Source of the DNA: Candidatus Micrarchaeia archaeon
GTDB taxonomy: Archaea > Micrarchaeota > Micrarchaeia > Anstonellales > VGKX01
Length of the DNA stretch: 64,000 nt
Assembly (NCBI GenBank): GCA_041650395.1
Contig: JBAZLG010000003.1
Location: 310,917-374,916 of the forward strand
Direction of reading: 5' to 3'
Below are positions 19,367 to 28,606 of the stretch, in pieces. The notes beneath the pieces were generated by a model. That model saw nothing but the letters and a program-made list of their open reading frames with translations. It was not told the origin of the DNA and did no database searches. Every line of letters starts with the position of its first letter. Within the stretch, counting starts at the first letter, position 1. The position numbers and the translations under genes are program-made.

Positions 19367-20347
19367 TTAGGAACTGCCTGAAGGCTCGCCGCCCGCGGCA
19401 TTCCTGCCTTCTGTCTTGTGTATCAGTTCTGCGTAATATTTCTGGATGTAGGGGCGAAACGCGTCGTGGTATTTCATGGCCCTGATGAGATAGCGCGCGG
19501 ACGCGTCATAGTCCTCCTGCTTGAAATGGAAAACGCCAAGGTTCAGGCAGGCAAGCGATTTGAGCGCGTCGTCATCGCTTTTTCTAAGCAATTCCTCCAT
19601 GAAAGCCACGCCTGTTGGGGACCCGAGGGCCAGCTTGGACATGGAAAGCAGGAAATACGCCTCCTCGGAATCGGGATGCGCGCCCAGTATTTCCAAAAGC
19701 CCGTTTTGGGAGTCGAAGAACTTGGAATCGTCCTCGTTTGCGAACCCCATCATGAGCTTGCACGTCGCAAGCGAGAGCTTGACGTCAAGTTCGCGAGGCC
19801 TATATTCGACGAAAAGCGCCAGGAAGGAGAGGGCTTCAGGCAGGCTGCCTGAATAGAAATATGCCTGCCCCGCGTATTTCGCGCATGTTGCCATGGCGGC
19901 CTGGTTCTTCGCAGCCCGTGCGAGGCCAAATGCCTTGTCGAACATCTTGGCCGCCTCCTTGTGCCTGTGCGAATGGAAATCCATCATGCCAAGAATGAAA
20001 AATGGCAGGTGGTCGGCCTTGTTTGAGATGGAATAGCCCTCAAGAAGCCTCCTTGCGCCATCATAGTCGTCCATCTGCCAGAGGCACAGGGCCGCGTTTG
20101 CTGCCTGTTTGCCCGTGGGCTGCGAGAGTGAAAATGCGATTTCATAATCCCCGGCCGCAAGTCCGTACGAGCCGAGCCTCTGATATGCCATGGCCATAGC
20201 AAGCCTTTCCTTTGCAGTCAGGCTGCCCTTTGCCTGGAGCATGTCAATCATATCCATCTGCTTGGAGAAAAACCTGCCCTTTGCCTCTGGGATGTATTTT
20301 GTCCCGCCGCCCTTAATGGGCTTCTTGTCCATCAAAACATAATACAT
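19367..20347 (-). CDS. TPR repeat protein
   Basis: Repeated 34-residue TPR-like units (AYQRLGSYGLAAGDYEIAF..., FDKAFGLARAAKNQAAMATCAKYAGQAYFYSG...). Confidence 0.6.
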   Translation of the reverse strand: MYYVLMDKKPIKGGGTKYIPEAKGRFFSKQMDMIDMLQAKGSLTAKERLAMAMAYQRLGSYGLAAGDYEIAFSLSQPTGKQAANAALCLWQMDDYDGARRLLEGYSISNKADHLPFFILGMMDFHSHRHKEAAKMFDKAFGLARAAKNQAAMATCAKYAGQAYFYSGSLPEALSFLALFVEYRPRELDVKLSLATCKLMMGFANEDDSKFFDSQNGLLEILGAHPDSEEAYFLLSMSKLALGSPTGVAFMEELLRKSDDDALKSLACLNLGVFHFKQEDYDASARYLIRAMKYHDAFRPYIQKYYAELIHKTEGRNAAGGEPSGSS

Positions 20348-20382
20348 GGAAAATGCACCTTCAAAGCCAAGCCTGTGCCTGC

Positions 20383-21399
20383 CTATTCATGGTAGTCCGA
20401 GCCTGTTTCGCCGCGGAAAATGTCCTTGAGCTTTTCTATGTAGGGCGAGGCCATGATTGCGTAATTGCTGTTCTCCTCGACCGACCGCGCCAGGCATTCC
20501 ATCGACTTGGAGTAGTCGCCCGAATCAAAATAGAAAAGCCCCATGTTGTAAAGCGCGCCCGCGTAGTGCGGCCCTTTCTTCGCAAGCGCCTTCTCGAGAT
20601 AGCTAAACGCCTCCTCGCGGAAGCCCAGAATGGCAAGCGCCGCGCCAAGCTTCGTGATGGCGTCATAGTCGTCCGGGTCAAGCACGTGGGCGTACATGAA
20701 ATCGTCCACCGCCATGCTCGAGTGGCCGCAGGCGAGATGGCACTGGCCCCTGCGCATGTGCGCCTCCCTGTTGTCCTTGTCAAGCCTTATGATTTCCGTG
20801 AAGGATTTTATCGCGCCCTCAAAGTCGTCGGTGAAATACTGCGACATGGCAAGATAGGAGAGAGCCTTCTTGTAGAATGTCGGCTTTGATGCGGACAGGC
20901 CGTGCATCTGGATGGTCTTGACAGCCTCGTTCAGGTAGACCGCCGCCTCATCGTACTTCTCCTTCCTGTAAAGGAGCGCGCCTATGAAAAGCGAGGCTGA
21001 AAAATCATAGTCATAGAGCCAGTGCATGTCCTTTGCAAGCTCAATTGCCTTGTCTGGCTTGCCGGACCTGTCGAGGCAGATGATTGCGTTTTTCAGGTCC
21101 CTTGCGGGAAGCCTGGCGTCCAGCTTGAACGCCTCGATATAGTCGGCGGCGGCAAGGCCGTACTGCCCGAGCCTCTGGTATGCCATTGCCCGAGCTGTCA
21201 GGCTTTCGTGGGTTTTAGCAAGGGCTATGCTCTCGTTGGCGTCCTTGAGCCTGTTGAAATTCCTCTCGAATATCGACTGGACGCGCATGTGCCTTGCTGA
21301 ATCATTGCCCTGCCCGCTGGAAGGCGCAGGCTGCATGTTTGGATTCGCGCTTGCCATAACCATTTTCGGATAAACACATATATAAACATACAGTAACAC
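20383..21399 (-). CDS. TPR repeat protein, tandem with the previous one
   Basis: TPR-like repeats (AMAYQRLGQYGLAAADYIEAFKLD..., AGALYNMGLFYFDSGDYSKSMECLARSVE). TATA-like ATATATAAACA lies about 20-30 bp upstream of the start. Confidence 0.65.
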   Translation of the reverse strand: MLLYVYICVYPKMVMASANPNMQPAPSSGQGNDSARHMRVQSIFERNFNRLKDANESIALAKTHESLTARAMAYQRLGQYGLAAADYIEAFKLDARLPARDLKNAIICLDRSGKPDKAIELAKDMHWLYDYDFSASLFIGALLYRKEKYDEAAVYLNEAVKTIQMHGLSASKPTFYKKALSYLAMSQYFTDDFEGAIKSFTEIIRLDKDNREAHMRRGQCHLACGHSSMAVDDFMYAHVLDPDDYDAITKLGAALAILGFREEAFSYLEKALAKKGPHYAGALYNMGLFYFDSGDYSKSMECLARSVEENSNYAIMASPYIEKLKDIFRGETGSDYHE

Positions 21400-21494
21400 A
21401 AGCCGCGCCGGTGTTATTTCATAAAAAGCGGAAAATCATGAGATTGGGATAGGCTTAAAACCAGGGCAAGGCAAAGTGGGTTTCAGGTAAGGAA

Positions 21495-23546
21495 ATGCAA
21501 ATTGTCTATCCAGGGCACGCGACCGAAGGCGCGCTTTTTGGCATTGAATGGCTGGCAAGCGGGTTTGCAGGCAGTTATTCCTCCACAACCGCGCCGGGAG
21601 CCAACACGAGAAAATACCACGGCGTGCTTGCGGCGCCAGACCCGTCAGGCCTTCCAAAGAGATGGCTGATACTCCAGAAGCTTGACGAGAGGATAACGCC
21701 CCCGGAAGGCGCGGCACTCGAACTCGACACCAATTTCTACCCGGGCGCGGTATATCCGCAGGGGTACAAGAGCCTGCAAAAAATTTCCATGGGCGCGCAC
21801 GCAATAAGGTTCTCCTATTCCACCCGGCTTGGGAAAATTGAAAAGGAAATCCGCATGGTAGAAGGCGGCATGGCCGCCAAGGTTTCCTATTCTTTCGACC
21901 TGCAGGCGGAATCACGCATTGAATTAATCCCTAAATTCAACCACAGGCAGATACACTCGATTGGCGGCGCGTGCAGGCAGGAGTGCGATTTCCACACCTA
22001 CGGGTTTGGCACGAAAAACGGGCTGCTTGACATGCTGTCGCCAGACATGCGGTTTTCCCCAAAAGAGGAGACATTCAGGTCGTGCACGTATCCGCTTGAG
22101 AGGGAGAGGGGCTATGAGTTTTCAGAGGACCTTTATTCCCCCGGCGTTTTCATGGAATATGCCAAGTCTGGCAGGTTCTCCATATACGCGAGGGCATTTT
22201 ACAGGGACACGGCGGCCCACAACAATGACGGGAAGGCCTATGCGCAGGCCATGGCAGGAAAGGGCGCGGGATTGAAAAAAGGCAATGGCAAGCCGCCCGG
22301 GGCGCTGGCATGGGAGAGCAAAAGCCCGGACTGGTTTGCTGCGGGGCTTGAGGAGTCATGCGCAAAATTCATAACCGCCATGCCAAACGGGCAGGTAACC
22401 GCGCTTGCGGGCTATCCGTGGTTTTACGAGTGGAGCCGCGACGCAATGGTTTTCATTGACGGCGCCCTCCTCCCCTTCGGCAGGATGGGGATTGCGCGGG
22501 AAATACTTATCCATTTCGCCTCAATGCAGGAGAATGGCCTTGCACCGAACACTAGAGATTACGGCAGGGGCGGCGACAGGGCGGGAAGCGTTGATTCCAC
22601 GCTCTGGCTCATGTACGAGGCCCTGCTTTACATGAGAAAGTCCAATGACCCCCGCTTCGCGCAAATGCTTTGCCCGCATATAATGCAGGGCATAGGGGCG
22701 TACCTGAAAGGCAATGACGGGTTTGGCGCTGACGCCAAGGACCTGCTTGTGGAAACGCGGCAGGGCGGACTGACATGGATGGACGCTAGGGATGCCGCGG
22801 GCGCCGCGTTCACGCCAAGGATTGGAAAGCCCGTGGAAGTCAATGCCCTTTGGCACAACTGCCTTGCGCTTGCCGCAGGATGCCAGTGGATGAAACCGGA
22901 GGAGAGGGCGAATTTCTCGGCAATGGCGGACGAGACAGGAAGGCAGATGGGGAAGTTTTATGACAGGGAGAGGGCATGCCTGAAGGACGTGCTTGGCAAA
23001 GCCGAGTTCGAGATGCGCCCGAACCAGGCAATAGCCCTCGGTCTTGAGATAAACCCGTTTGGCAGGGAAGAGACTGCAAACTCGATAGAGGCAGTTGAAA
23101 AGGAGCTTTTGACGCCTTACGGCCTGCTCTCGCTCTCAAGGCAGGGCAAGGGGTTCATAGGCATTTACAGGGGAGGACAGCAGGAGCGCGACAGGGCCTA
23201 CCACAACGGCGCCATCTGGCCGTACCTCCTAGGATTCCACTTCAGCGCGAAAAAGAACGCGGGGATAATATGCAAGAAAAGGAAAATCGGGATGGACGGG
23301 TGTTACAGCGTAGAGGAGTTCCAGAAGAAATTCGACATTGTCCCGGTTCCCGGCAGCCAGCAATGGCGCCATGACGGCGGGCTAGAATTCTTCAACCCGC
23401 TGAAAAAGTCAATCGGCTCGTATGGGGCAGGGCACGTGCCGGAGCTGTATGAGCCTGACACGCGCATGCCCGCAGGCTCGCCTTTCCAGGCATGGTCGGA
23501 CGCGCAGGTGCTCAAGGCCTACTCTATCTGCCTTGGGACAATTTAG
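21495..23546 (+). CDS. Glycogen debranching enzyme, archaeal type (GDE N-terminal domain plus amylo-alpha-1,6-glucosidase C-domain)
   Basis: N-terminal ...NTRKYHGVLAAPDPSGLPKRWLILQKLDE... and C-terminal GYPWFYEWSRDAMVF...NGLAPNTRDYGRGGDRAGSVDSTLWL...AYHNGAIWPY... are characteristic of amylo-alpha-1,6-glucosidase/GDE_C enzymes. Confidence 0.8.
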   Translation: MQIVYPGHATEGALFGIEWLASGFAGSYSSTTAPGANTRKYHGVLAAPDPSGLPKRWLILQKLDERITPPEGAALELDTNFYPGAVYPQGYKSLQKISMGAHAIRFSYSTRLGKIEKEIRMVEGGMAAKVSYSFDLQAESRIELIPKFNHRQIHSIGGACRQECDFHTYGFGTKNGLLDMLSPDMRFSPKEETFRSCTYPLERERGYEFSEDLYSPGVFMEYAKSGRFSIYARAFYRDTAAHNNDGKAYAQAMAGKGAGLKKGNGKPPGALAWESKSPDWFAAGLEESCAKFITAMPNGQVTALAGYPWFYEWSRDAMVFIDGALLPFGRMGIAREILIHFASMQENGLAPNTRDYGRGGDRAGSVDSTLWLMYEALLYMRKSNDPRFAQMLCPHIMQGIGAYLKGNDGFGADAKDLLVETRQGGLTWMDARDAAGAAFTPRIGKPVEVNALWHNCLALAAGCQWMKPEERANFSAMADETGRQMGKFYDRERACLKDVLGKAEFEMRPNQAIALGLEINPFGREETANSIEAVEKELLTPYGLLSLSRQGKGFIGIYRGGQQERDRAYHNGAIWPYLLGFHFSAKKNAGIICKKRKIGMDGCYSVEEFQKKFDIVPVPGSQQWRHDGGLEFFNPLKKSIGSYGAGHVPELYEPDTRMPAGSPFQAWSDAQVLKAYSICLGTI

Positions 23547-23569
23547 AAAAAAATAATTCGCTTTTTTAG

Positions 23570-23590
23570 ATGCCTGCCCGCGCCTACGGG
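23570..23590. terminator. Perfect 7-bp stem hairpin (CTGCCCG-cgccta-CGGGCAG) flanked by T-runs between the convergent debranching-enzyme and pop5 genes
   Basis: The inverted repeat is seen directly. Adjacent TTTTTTAG and TTTTCTTTGGG T-tracts are typical archaeal termination signals. Confidence 0.3.
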
Positions 23591-23615
23591 CAGATTGTTT
23601 GCGCGCGTGGCAGGC

Positions 23616-23969
23616 TCAAGCCGTTTTCTTTGGGACAGATATTGCCGCGTCTTCAAGAAGCTTTTTCAGGCTGCCCGACGAGCGCAGGATTTGAAGGCGC
23701 GCCCTTTTGCCCTGTATAGCCCCGGAAATGGCAAGGCAGCCAAGCGCTTTCCTGTGCATCGCGTTTGAAACGCGGAAAACGCCCTTTTTAGATTCCATGT
23801 CGAGCCCGATTTTCTTGAAGCGCGCCCTGCTCATGCCAAGCGAGCCCAGGAAGGAGAACAATGAATTTGAAACGTGGTCCCATGCCTGGCCGGGGCTGAT
23901 TGAAGCCCTGTCAGGCCCGACTATCTTGAAGGCCACATACCTTTTTTTCGGATACAACGCCTTTGCCAT
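23616..23969 (-). CDS. rnp2: RNase P protein component 2 (Pop5)
   Basis: PKKRYVAFKIVGPD... N-terminus and the ...RLQILRSSGSLKKLLED C-terminus match the archaeal Pop5 pattern (KKRYIAFKVIS...IIKVLGVSGTIKRLKRKF). Confidence 0.75.
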   Translation of the reverse strand: MAKALYPKKRYVAFKIVGPDRASISPGQAWDHVSNSLFSFLGSLGMSRARFKKIGLDMESKKGVFRVSNAMHRKALGCLAISGAIQGKRARLQILRSSGSLKKLLEDAAISVPKKTA

Positions 23970-24041
23970 GATTACACCGGAATTTGACTTCGGGAAATTT
24001 CAATGAAGGCCGGAAATGGCAGCAAGCTGCCTGATTGGCCT

Positions 24042-24545
24042 TCACTCCCCCGTACCCTCCTGTACTGGTTTTTCCTTTTCCAGGTATATGTTCGCGATTG
24101 ATATGGCCTGCTTTGCCTTGGCCTCTTCCATGCCAAGCAGCAAGCCGAAGAAGACAAGCTCGCGTTCGGACGGGGCCATGAATTCCTCCCGCGCCATAGA
24201 GCACAGGATTACGCGCGCGCCTTCCTTCTTGCACGCCTTGATGAACAGCCGCGCCATGCCCAGCTTTTTTGCGATTGAAAACGGGCGGTTCTCGCCGCCC
24301 ATGACGAAATCGGAGAGCGGGAACGCGAAAGCGCCGTTGTTTTGCGCCACAGCCTTTATGGCCCCCGGGTCAAGCTCGTAGGATTTCAGGAAAAAAACAA
24401 GGGGCTTTTTTGCCATGTTGCCCAGGCTCTTGGCGTCCGCTGCGTAGATTATCCTGCTTTTGCAGTCATTGGCATTGTAAACAGACGAATAGCCGAGCTG
24501 GCGCAATGTGCCAATGTGCGTGAGAGCAATGTCGTAATATGCCAT
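24042..24545 (-). CDS. rnp3: RNase P protein component 3 (Rpp30), probably starting at the internal Met (MAYYDIALTH); compact, about 167 aa
   Basis: C-terminal ILCSMAREEFMAPSERELVFFGLLLGMEEAKAKQAIS matches the archaeal Rpp30 C-terminus ([34 protein letters not shown]). It is adjacent to pop5 as in the conserved rpp30-pop5 operon. The N-terminal 38 residues of the longer ORF (24042..24659) are hydrophobic junk and overlap the rpl15e 3' end. Confidence 0.65.
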   Translation of the reverse strand: MAYYDIALTHIGTLRQLGYSSVYNANDCKSRIIYAADAKSLGNMAKKPLVFFLKSYELDPGAIKAVAQNNGAFAFPLSDFVMGGENRPFSIAKKLGMARLFIKACKKEGARVILCSMAREEFMAPSERELVFFGLLLGMEEAKAKQAISIANIYLEKEKPVQEGTGE

Positions 24546-24639
24546 GATGACCAAGGGATATGCGCTGGAAAGAATAAAAAGCGGATTAAACGCCAGGAAA
24601 AAATGAAATTGAAAAAAAGAAAAAAGTGAAGGCAGGCCT

Positions 24640-25152
24640 TCAAGCCTGCTCGTAGCCATTGCCCCTGCCCCTCAAGCCCCTGTGCTTTTTGCCCGAGGAT
24701 GTCAGGCCCCTGAAGCCCCTGCCCATGTGCCTGTCTGTGCCATAGTAGACTTCGGAATCGAACATGAGGACTTCAAAGAACTGGTACTGCCCGTCCCTGC
24801 CAACGAAGTAGGAGTTGAGGACGTCCATGTTCCTGTAGCGCCTTGACGCCTTTTCCTCGGCTATTGCCTTGTAGGACTTGCCCGGGACGCGGTAGGCGGC
24901 GTTCTTTGCCGGCTTCCTTCCACCCCACGGGTGCGGCCTCTTCCTCTGGCCCCTGCCGGTCTTTACCCTGACGACGATTATGCCCTGCTTCGCCTTGTAG
25001 CCAAGCGAGCGTGCGCGCGCGAGGTTGGTGGGCTTTTCTACCCTGACAACCGTCGGCCCGCGCCTCCAGGTGGTAACGCGTTTCCTGTATTCGGGCGAGC
25101 GTTCCTTGTATTCCTTTTGGAAAGCCTCGCTAATGTACTTGTACATTCCCAT
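24640..25152 (-). CDS. rpl15e: Ribosomal protein L15e
   Basis: MGMYKYISEAFQKEYKER...LARARSLGYKAKQGIIVVRV...VLNSYFVGRDGQYQFFEVLMFD...FRGLTSSGKKHRGLRG matches L15e throughout. ATG chosen at 25152 (MGMYKY, cf. eukaryotic MGAYKY). TATA-like AATTAAAAAGGGG lies about 30 bp upstream. Confidence 0.9.
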   Translation of the reverse strand: MGMYKYISEAFQKEYKERSPEYRKRVTTWRRGPTVVRVEKPTNLARARSLGYKAKQGIIVVRVKTGRGQRKRPHPWGGRKPAKNAAYRVPGKSYKAIAEEKASRRYRNMDVLNSYFVGRDGQYQFFEVLMFDSEVYYGTDRHMGRGFRGLTSSGKKHRGLRGRGNGYEQA

Positions 25153-25651
25153 TCCAATCACCGTTGTGTTTTTTTGCCCCTTTTTAATTCGTTAATAGGG
25201 CTAGGCATCAAGACAATCAATGGACCAATCAAGGTTCAAGGCGAATCAATGCGCGAATCGGTTCAGGTAACGAACCCCACATTCCGAAAAGCTTCAGGAT
25301 ATACGAATCAAGGGTATTTAAAAGTAGCGGGGCAACCTAAAAGTAAATAAAGAGGAAATAGCGAATTAATGATGGGATGAATATGGACAAAAAGAACTCC
25401 ACAATTCTATCTGGCAAACAACTTGAGAGATACATAAACTCCGTTGACAAGGCCATTGAAAAAAGTTTTGCCGCTAACAAAAAGGCGCTGGAATACCTGG
25501 CCAAGAGATAGTGCAACCTCCATGGAATTCAGAGAGCACCGAAAAAATCAGGCAAGACACTGGAAATGTCTCTAGCAACTCTTTTTAAATAGGAAAAAGC
25601 AAGTTGAATCCAGGAAAGGGAGGATAGCTTATTCCGCATAGGTGCGACTTA

Positions 25652-27187
25652 ATGCAAATAACCGAGATAGTCAATCACGAATCAATAACAAACTTTGCCG
25701 AAAGATTGTCTAACTATTACTCCAATGAAAAGAAGGGGACAAACAAGAAAGAAAAAGGACAATATTTTACGCCTGCGAGTATCGCGGCATACATGGCATC
25801 ACTCGCTGATGTTCAATCCGAATCGATAAAAATACTTGATCCGGGAGCAGGTCTTGGGATACTTTCAGTTGCATTAATAGAAAAAATAAGAGAAAAAAAC
25901 AAGCGGCTAATCAATGTAGAATTGACATTATACGAGAACGACGAAAAAATTATACCTTACTTAAACGAAGTAATGAATATAATGAAGAAAAGACTTTCGA
26001 AATATAATGTAGGATTTAATTACGAAGTCAGACAAGAAGACTTCGTTGCATCTAATGTAAAATACATAACACCAAAACTTAATTCTTTTAACGAAGCGGA
26101 ATATCCGAAATACGATATAATAATATCTAACCCGCCTTATTTTAAAATAAATAAAAAAGAAATTGAAACCTACGGAATCGAGCAAATAACTGCAGGCCAG
26201 CCAAACATATACTACATTTTCATGGCAATTGCGACAAACATGCTAAGCAATGAAGGCCAAATGATATTCATTACACCAAGAAGCTTTTGCTCTGGGTTGT
26301 ATTATAGCAGTTTTAGGAATTGGCTAATCAAAAGAGTCCATTTCTCACAGGTCCACATATTCAAATCCAGGAAAAACGTGTTTGCAAAAGACAAGGTACT
26401 ACAGGAGAATGTGATAACCAAATTTACAAAGACCAAGCCACTAAAGATTGTCATGTCTACAAGTGAAGGAAGAGACATGGACGAGATAAAAAAAACAGAA
26501 GTAAATGAAGACGACATAATCTACAAATCTAACGGGCACATATTCTTCAGGTTGCCTGCGGATAAGGAAGAACTTGCAATAATAAGAAAACTGGACAAAT
26601 TGCCGATGAATTTCTACAAACTAGGGTACAAAATATCAACAGGAAAAGTAGTAGCCTTTAGAAATAGTGAATATTTGAAAAAAGAGATTGGTGAAAAAGA
26701 CATTCCGTTGATATGGATGCATAACATAAGAAATATGAGGATACTCTGGCCGAGCGAGAAAAATGGGAAGGCTAGGGCGATAGAAAAAAACGAAAAAACA
26801 AAAAAATTGCTAATAGAAAACGGCAATTACGTTGTTATGAAAAGATTTACCACAAAGGAACAGAAAAAAAGATTTGACGTTGCGCTTGTCACAGATGAAG
26901 ATTTTAAAAAACAAGGATATTTTGCATTAGACAATATGCTAAATTACATATATTGCCCTGGCAAAAAGCTGAATAGGGAAACAATAAGTGGCATTGCAGA
27001 ATATTTATCTCTCCCAATAGTGGACAGATATTTTAGGATATTAAACGGCCATACTCAGGTCAATGCAAATGAAGTCTACGCGCTTCCATTTCCAGAAGCA
27101 AAAAAATTAGAAAAAATAGGAAAGAACACTGATAAATTTGCTAATGAAAAACAGGAAAGAATATTGGAACAAATATTAACAAATTAG
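25652..27187 (+). CDS. N6-adenine DNA methyltransferase, gamma class (PstI/BsuBI/Eco57I-like), 511 aa
   Basis: QYFTP motif, motif I ILDPGAGLGILS, motif IV IISNPPYFKI. Size matches M.PstI/M.BsuBI-type enzymes. Confidence 0.85.
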   Translation: MQITEIVNHESITNFAERLSNYYSNEKKGTNKKEKGQYFTPASIAAYMASLADVQSESIKILDPGAGLGILSVALIEKIREKNKRLINVELTLYENDEKIIPYLNEVMNIMKKRLSKYNVGFNYEVRQEDFVASNVKYITPKLNSFNEAEYPKYDIIISNPPYFKINKKEIETYGIEQITAGQPNIYYIFMAIATNMLSNEGQMIFITPRSFCSGLYYSSFRNWLIKRVHFSQVHIFKSRKNVFAKDKVLQENVITKFTKTKPLKIVMSTSEGRDMDEIKKTEVNEDDIIYKSNGHIFFRLPADKEELAIIRKLDKLPMNFYKLGYKISTGKVVAFRNSEYLKKEIGEKDIPLIWMHNIRNMRILWPSEKNGKARAIEKNEKTKKLLIENGNYVVMKRFTTKEQKKRFDVALVTDEDFKKQGYFALDNMLNYIYCPGKKLNRETISGIAEYLSLPIVDRYFRILNGHTQVNANEVYALPFPEAKKLEKIGKNTDKFANEKQERILEQILTN

Positions 27188-27201
27188 GCAGGGGTTGTTT
27201 C

Positions 27202-28131
27202 ATGAGGAAAGTTGACGATGCACTGGAAATCTTGAGAGAGCTTAACGTGCCAAGAAAACAACAGAATGAAAGGACAGCCCTGACTCTATTGGCTTTACTC
27301 TCGCTAAAAAACAACAAGCCTTGGAAAAGTGCCAAGAAAACTTTGATAAGAATACATGACATCATGATTTTCATAAAAAATGAATACAAGAAGAAATACG
27401 CAGAAAACACCAGAGAAACAATAAGAAGACAAAGCCTTCACCAACTGGAAAAAGAAGTAGGAATTGTTGAAAGAAATTCAGATGACCCAACAAGACCAAC
27501 AAACAGCCCAAATACAAAATGGGCGGTTACAAAAGAGGCACTTGAAACAATAAGAAGCTACGGGACAAAACAATGGAAAAAGAATGTGGACAATCTGATG
27601 CAAAAGCGAGGAAGAAGTGAAAGCTCCGGCTGGCAACGCGCAAAACCCGCACAAGGAGTAATTATAGATGAGAAGGAATATCCCTTGTCGCCAGGAAAAC
27701 ATAATAAACTCCAAATAGACATAATTGGAAACTTCAGGGAAATTTTTTGCAAAGACGCAGAAGTGCTTTATTTCGGTGACACCGCTAAGAAAATGCTCTT
27801 CTTAAATGAAAAGAAATTGAAGGAGATAGGACTGAAGATAACAAAACATGAAATATTGCCAGACATTGTCCTACTGGACAATGCCAAAAATAGACTTTAT
27901 CTTATAGAAGCAGTTACATCACATGGCCCAGTATCAAAGAAGAGACAAATTGAATTGACAGAGTACTTCGCAAAAGTCGGCTTTAAAAAAATTTTTGTCA
28001 GCGCTTTCCCCGACTTTAAAGAATTCAAAAGGCATATAGATGACATCGCTTGGGAAACAGAAGTGTGGATAGCTGAAATGCCGGAGCACATGATTCATTT
28101 CAACGGCGACAAGTTCCTAAAAATAGACTGA
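27202..28131 (+). CDS. Candidate cognate restriction endonuclease (BsuBI/PstI family), 309 aa
   Basis: It starts 15 bp after the methyltransferase stop on the same strand in the AT-rich island. The size and the N-terminal winged-helix-like region followed by a C-terminal acidic/Lys-rich region are consistent with the R.BsuBI/PstI family. The assignment is from gene context and memory only, with no alignment. Confidence 0.5.
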   Translation: MRKVDDALEILRELNVPRKQQNERTALTLLALLSLKNNKPWKSAKKTLIRIHDIMIFIKNEYKKKYAENTRETIRRQSLHQLEKEVGIVERNSDDPTRPTNSPNTKWAVTKEALETIRSYGTKQWKKNVDNLMQKRGRSESSGWQRAKPAQGVIIDEKEYPLSPGKHNKLQIDIIGNFREIFCKDAEVLYFGDTAKKMLFLNEKKLKEIGLKITKHEILPDIVLLDNAKNRLYLIEAVTSHGPVSKKRQIELTEYFAKVGFKKIFVSAFPDFKEFKRHIDDIAWETEVWIAEMPEHMIHFNGDKFLKID

Positions 28132-28155
28132 CAAAAATAGCAAGAGGAAAAATTA

Positions 28156-28590
28156 ATGGGAAGGAACGAGATAAATGAATCGCTAAAAGATATAGCAACT
28201 CTTCTAGCAAAATACATAATCACAGCATTTGTATTTACTGCACTAGGAATCATTTTGATAATGCTTGTTCTTGGAATAAACCTACAGGAAATAAGAGAAA
28301 AAATAATGGGAGCATATGTAGTGAATATCGTAGCTGGCGCTGTTATTGTATTAGTGATGGCGAAATATGAAAAAAATAGAGAATTAACTTGGAAACTCGC
28401 AGGTCTTACCCTGTTAATAGTAATTTTTGCAGGGTTAGCTATTGGACAAATTATCGAATATAAAACTGTTCAAATCGACTACCTATTAGGACTAGTTAGC
28501 AGTTTAGTTATTGCATTTACTCTGTTAGGAATAACAAAAGATACTAATAATATGAATTCCTCTGCTCCCTCATCTCCTTCTGAGAAATAA
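28156..28590 (+). CDS. Small 4-TM membrane protein (144 aa), last gene of the AT-rich island
   Basis: Four hydrophobic helices. AT-rich codon usage like the R-M genes. Confidence 0.5.
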   Translation: MGRNEINESLKDIATLLAKYIITAFVFTALGIILIMLVLGINLQEIREKIMGAYVVNIVAGAVIVLVMAKYEKNRELTWKLAGLTLLIVIFAGLAIGQIIEYKTVQIDYLLGLVSSLVIAFTLLGITKDTNNMNSSAPSSPSEK

Positions 28591-28606
28591 GGGAGGTTTG
28601 GAGAAC

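Larger units (their letters stand above)
25190..28600. other. AT-rich genomic island (about 3.4 kb) carrying a type II R-M system; compositionally foreign to the GC-rich flanks
   Basis: There is an abrupt shift from GC-rich flanks to AT-rich sequence between the rpl15e promoter region and position 28600. The three genes inside are AT-rich with Lys/Asn/Ile-biased proteins. No integrase or flanking direct repeats were recognised. Confidence 0.6.

Noticed and set aside
25240-25300. Possible tRNA or tRNA fragment marking the insertion site of the AT-rich island (hairpin GGTTC-aggtaac-GAACC)
   Set aside because: The loop does not match a T-loop (TTCRANY). No acceptor stem, anticodon arm or D-arm can be built around it. 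It is more likely an incidental hairpin in the rpl15e upstream region.
25190-28600. Integrase, transposase or direct repeats flanking the AT-rich R-M island
   Set aside because: No ORF with integrase/transposase motifs (R-H-R-Y, DDE) was found in or beside the island. No convincing flanking direct repeat could be identified by eye. The block is therefore reported as a compositional island rather than a defined mobile element.
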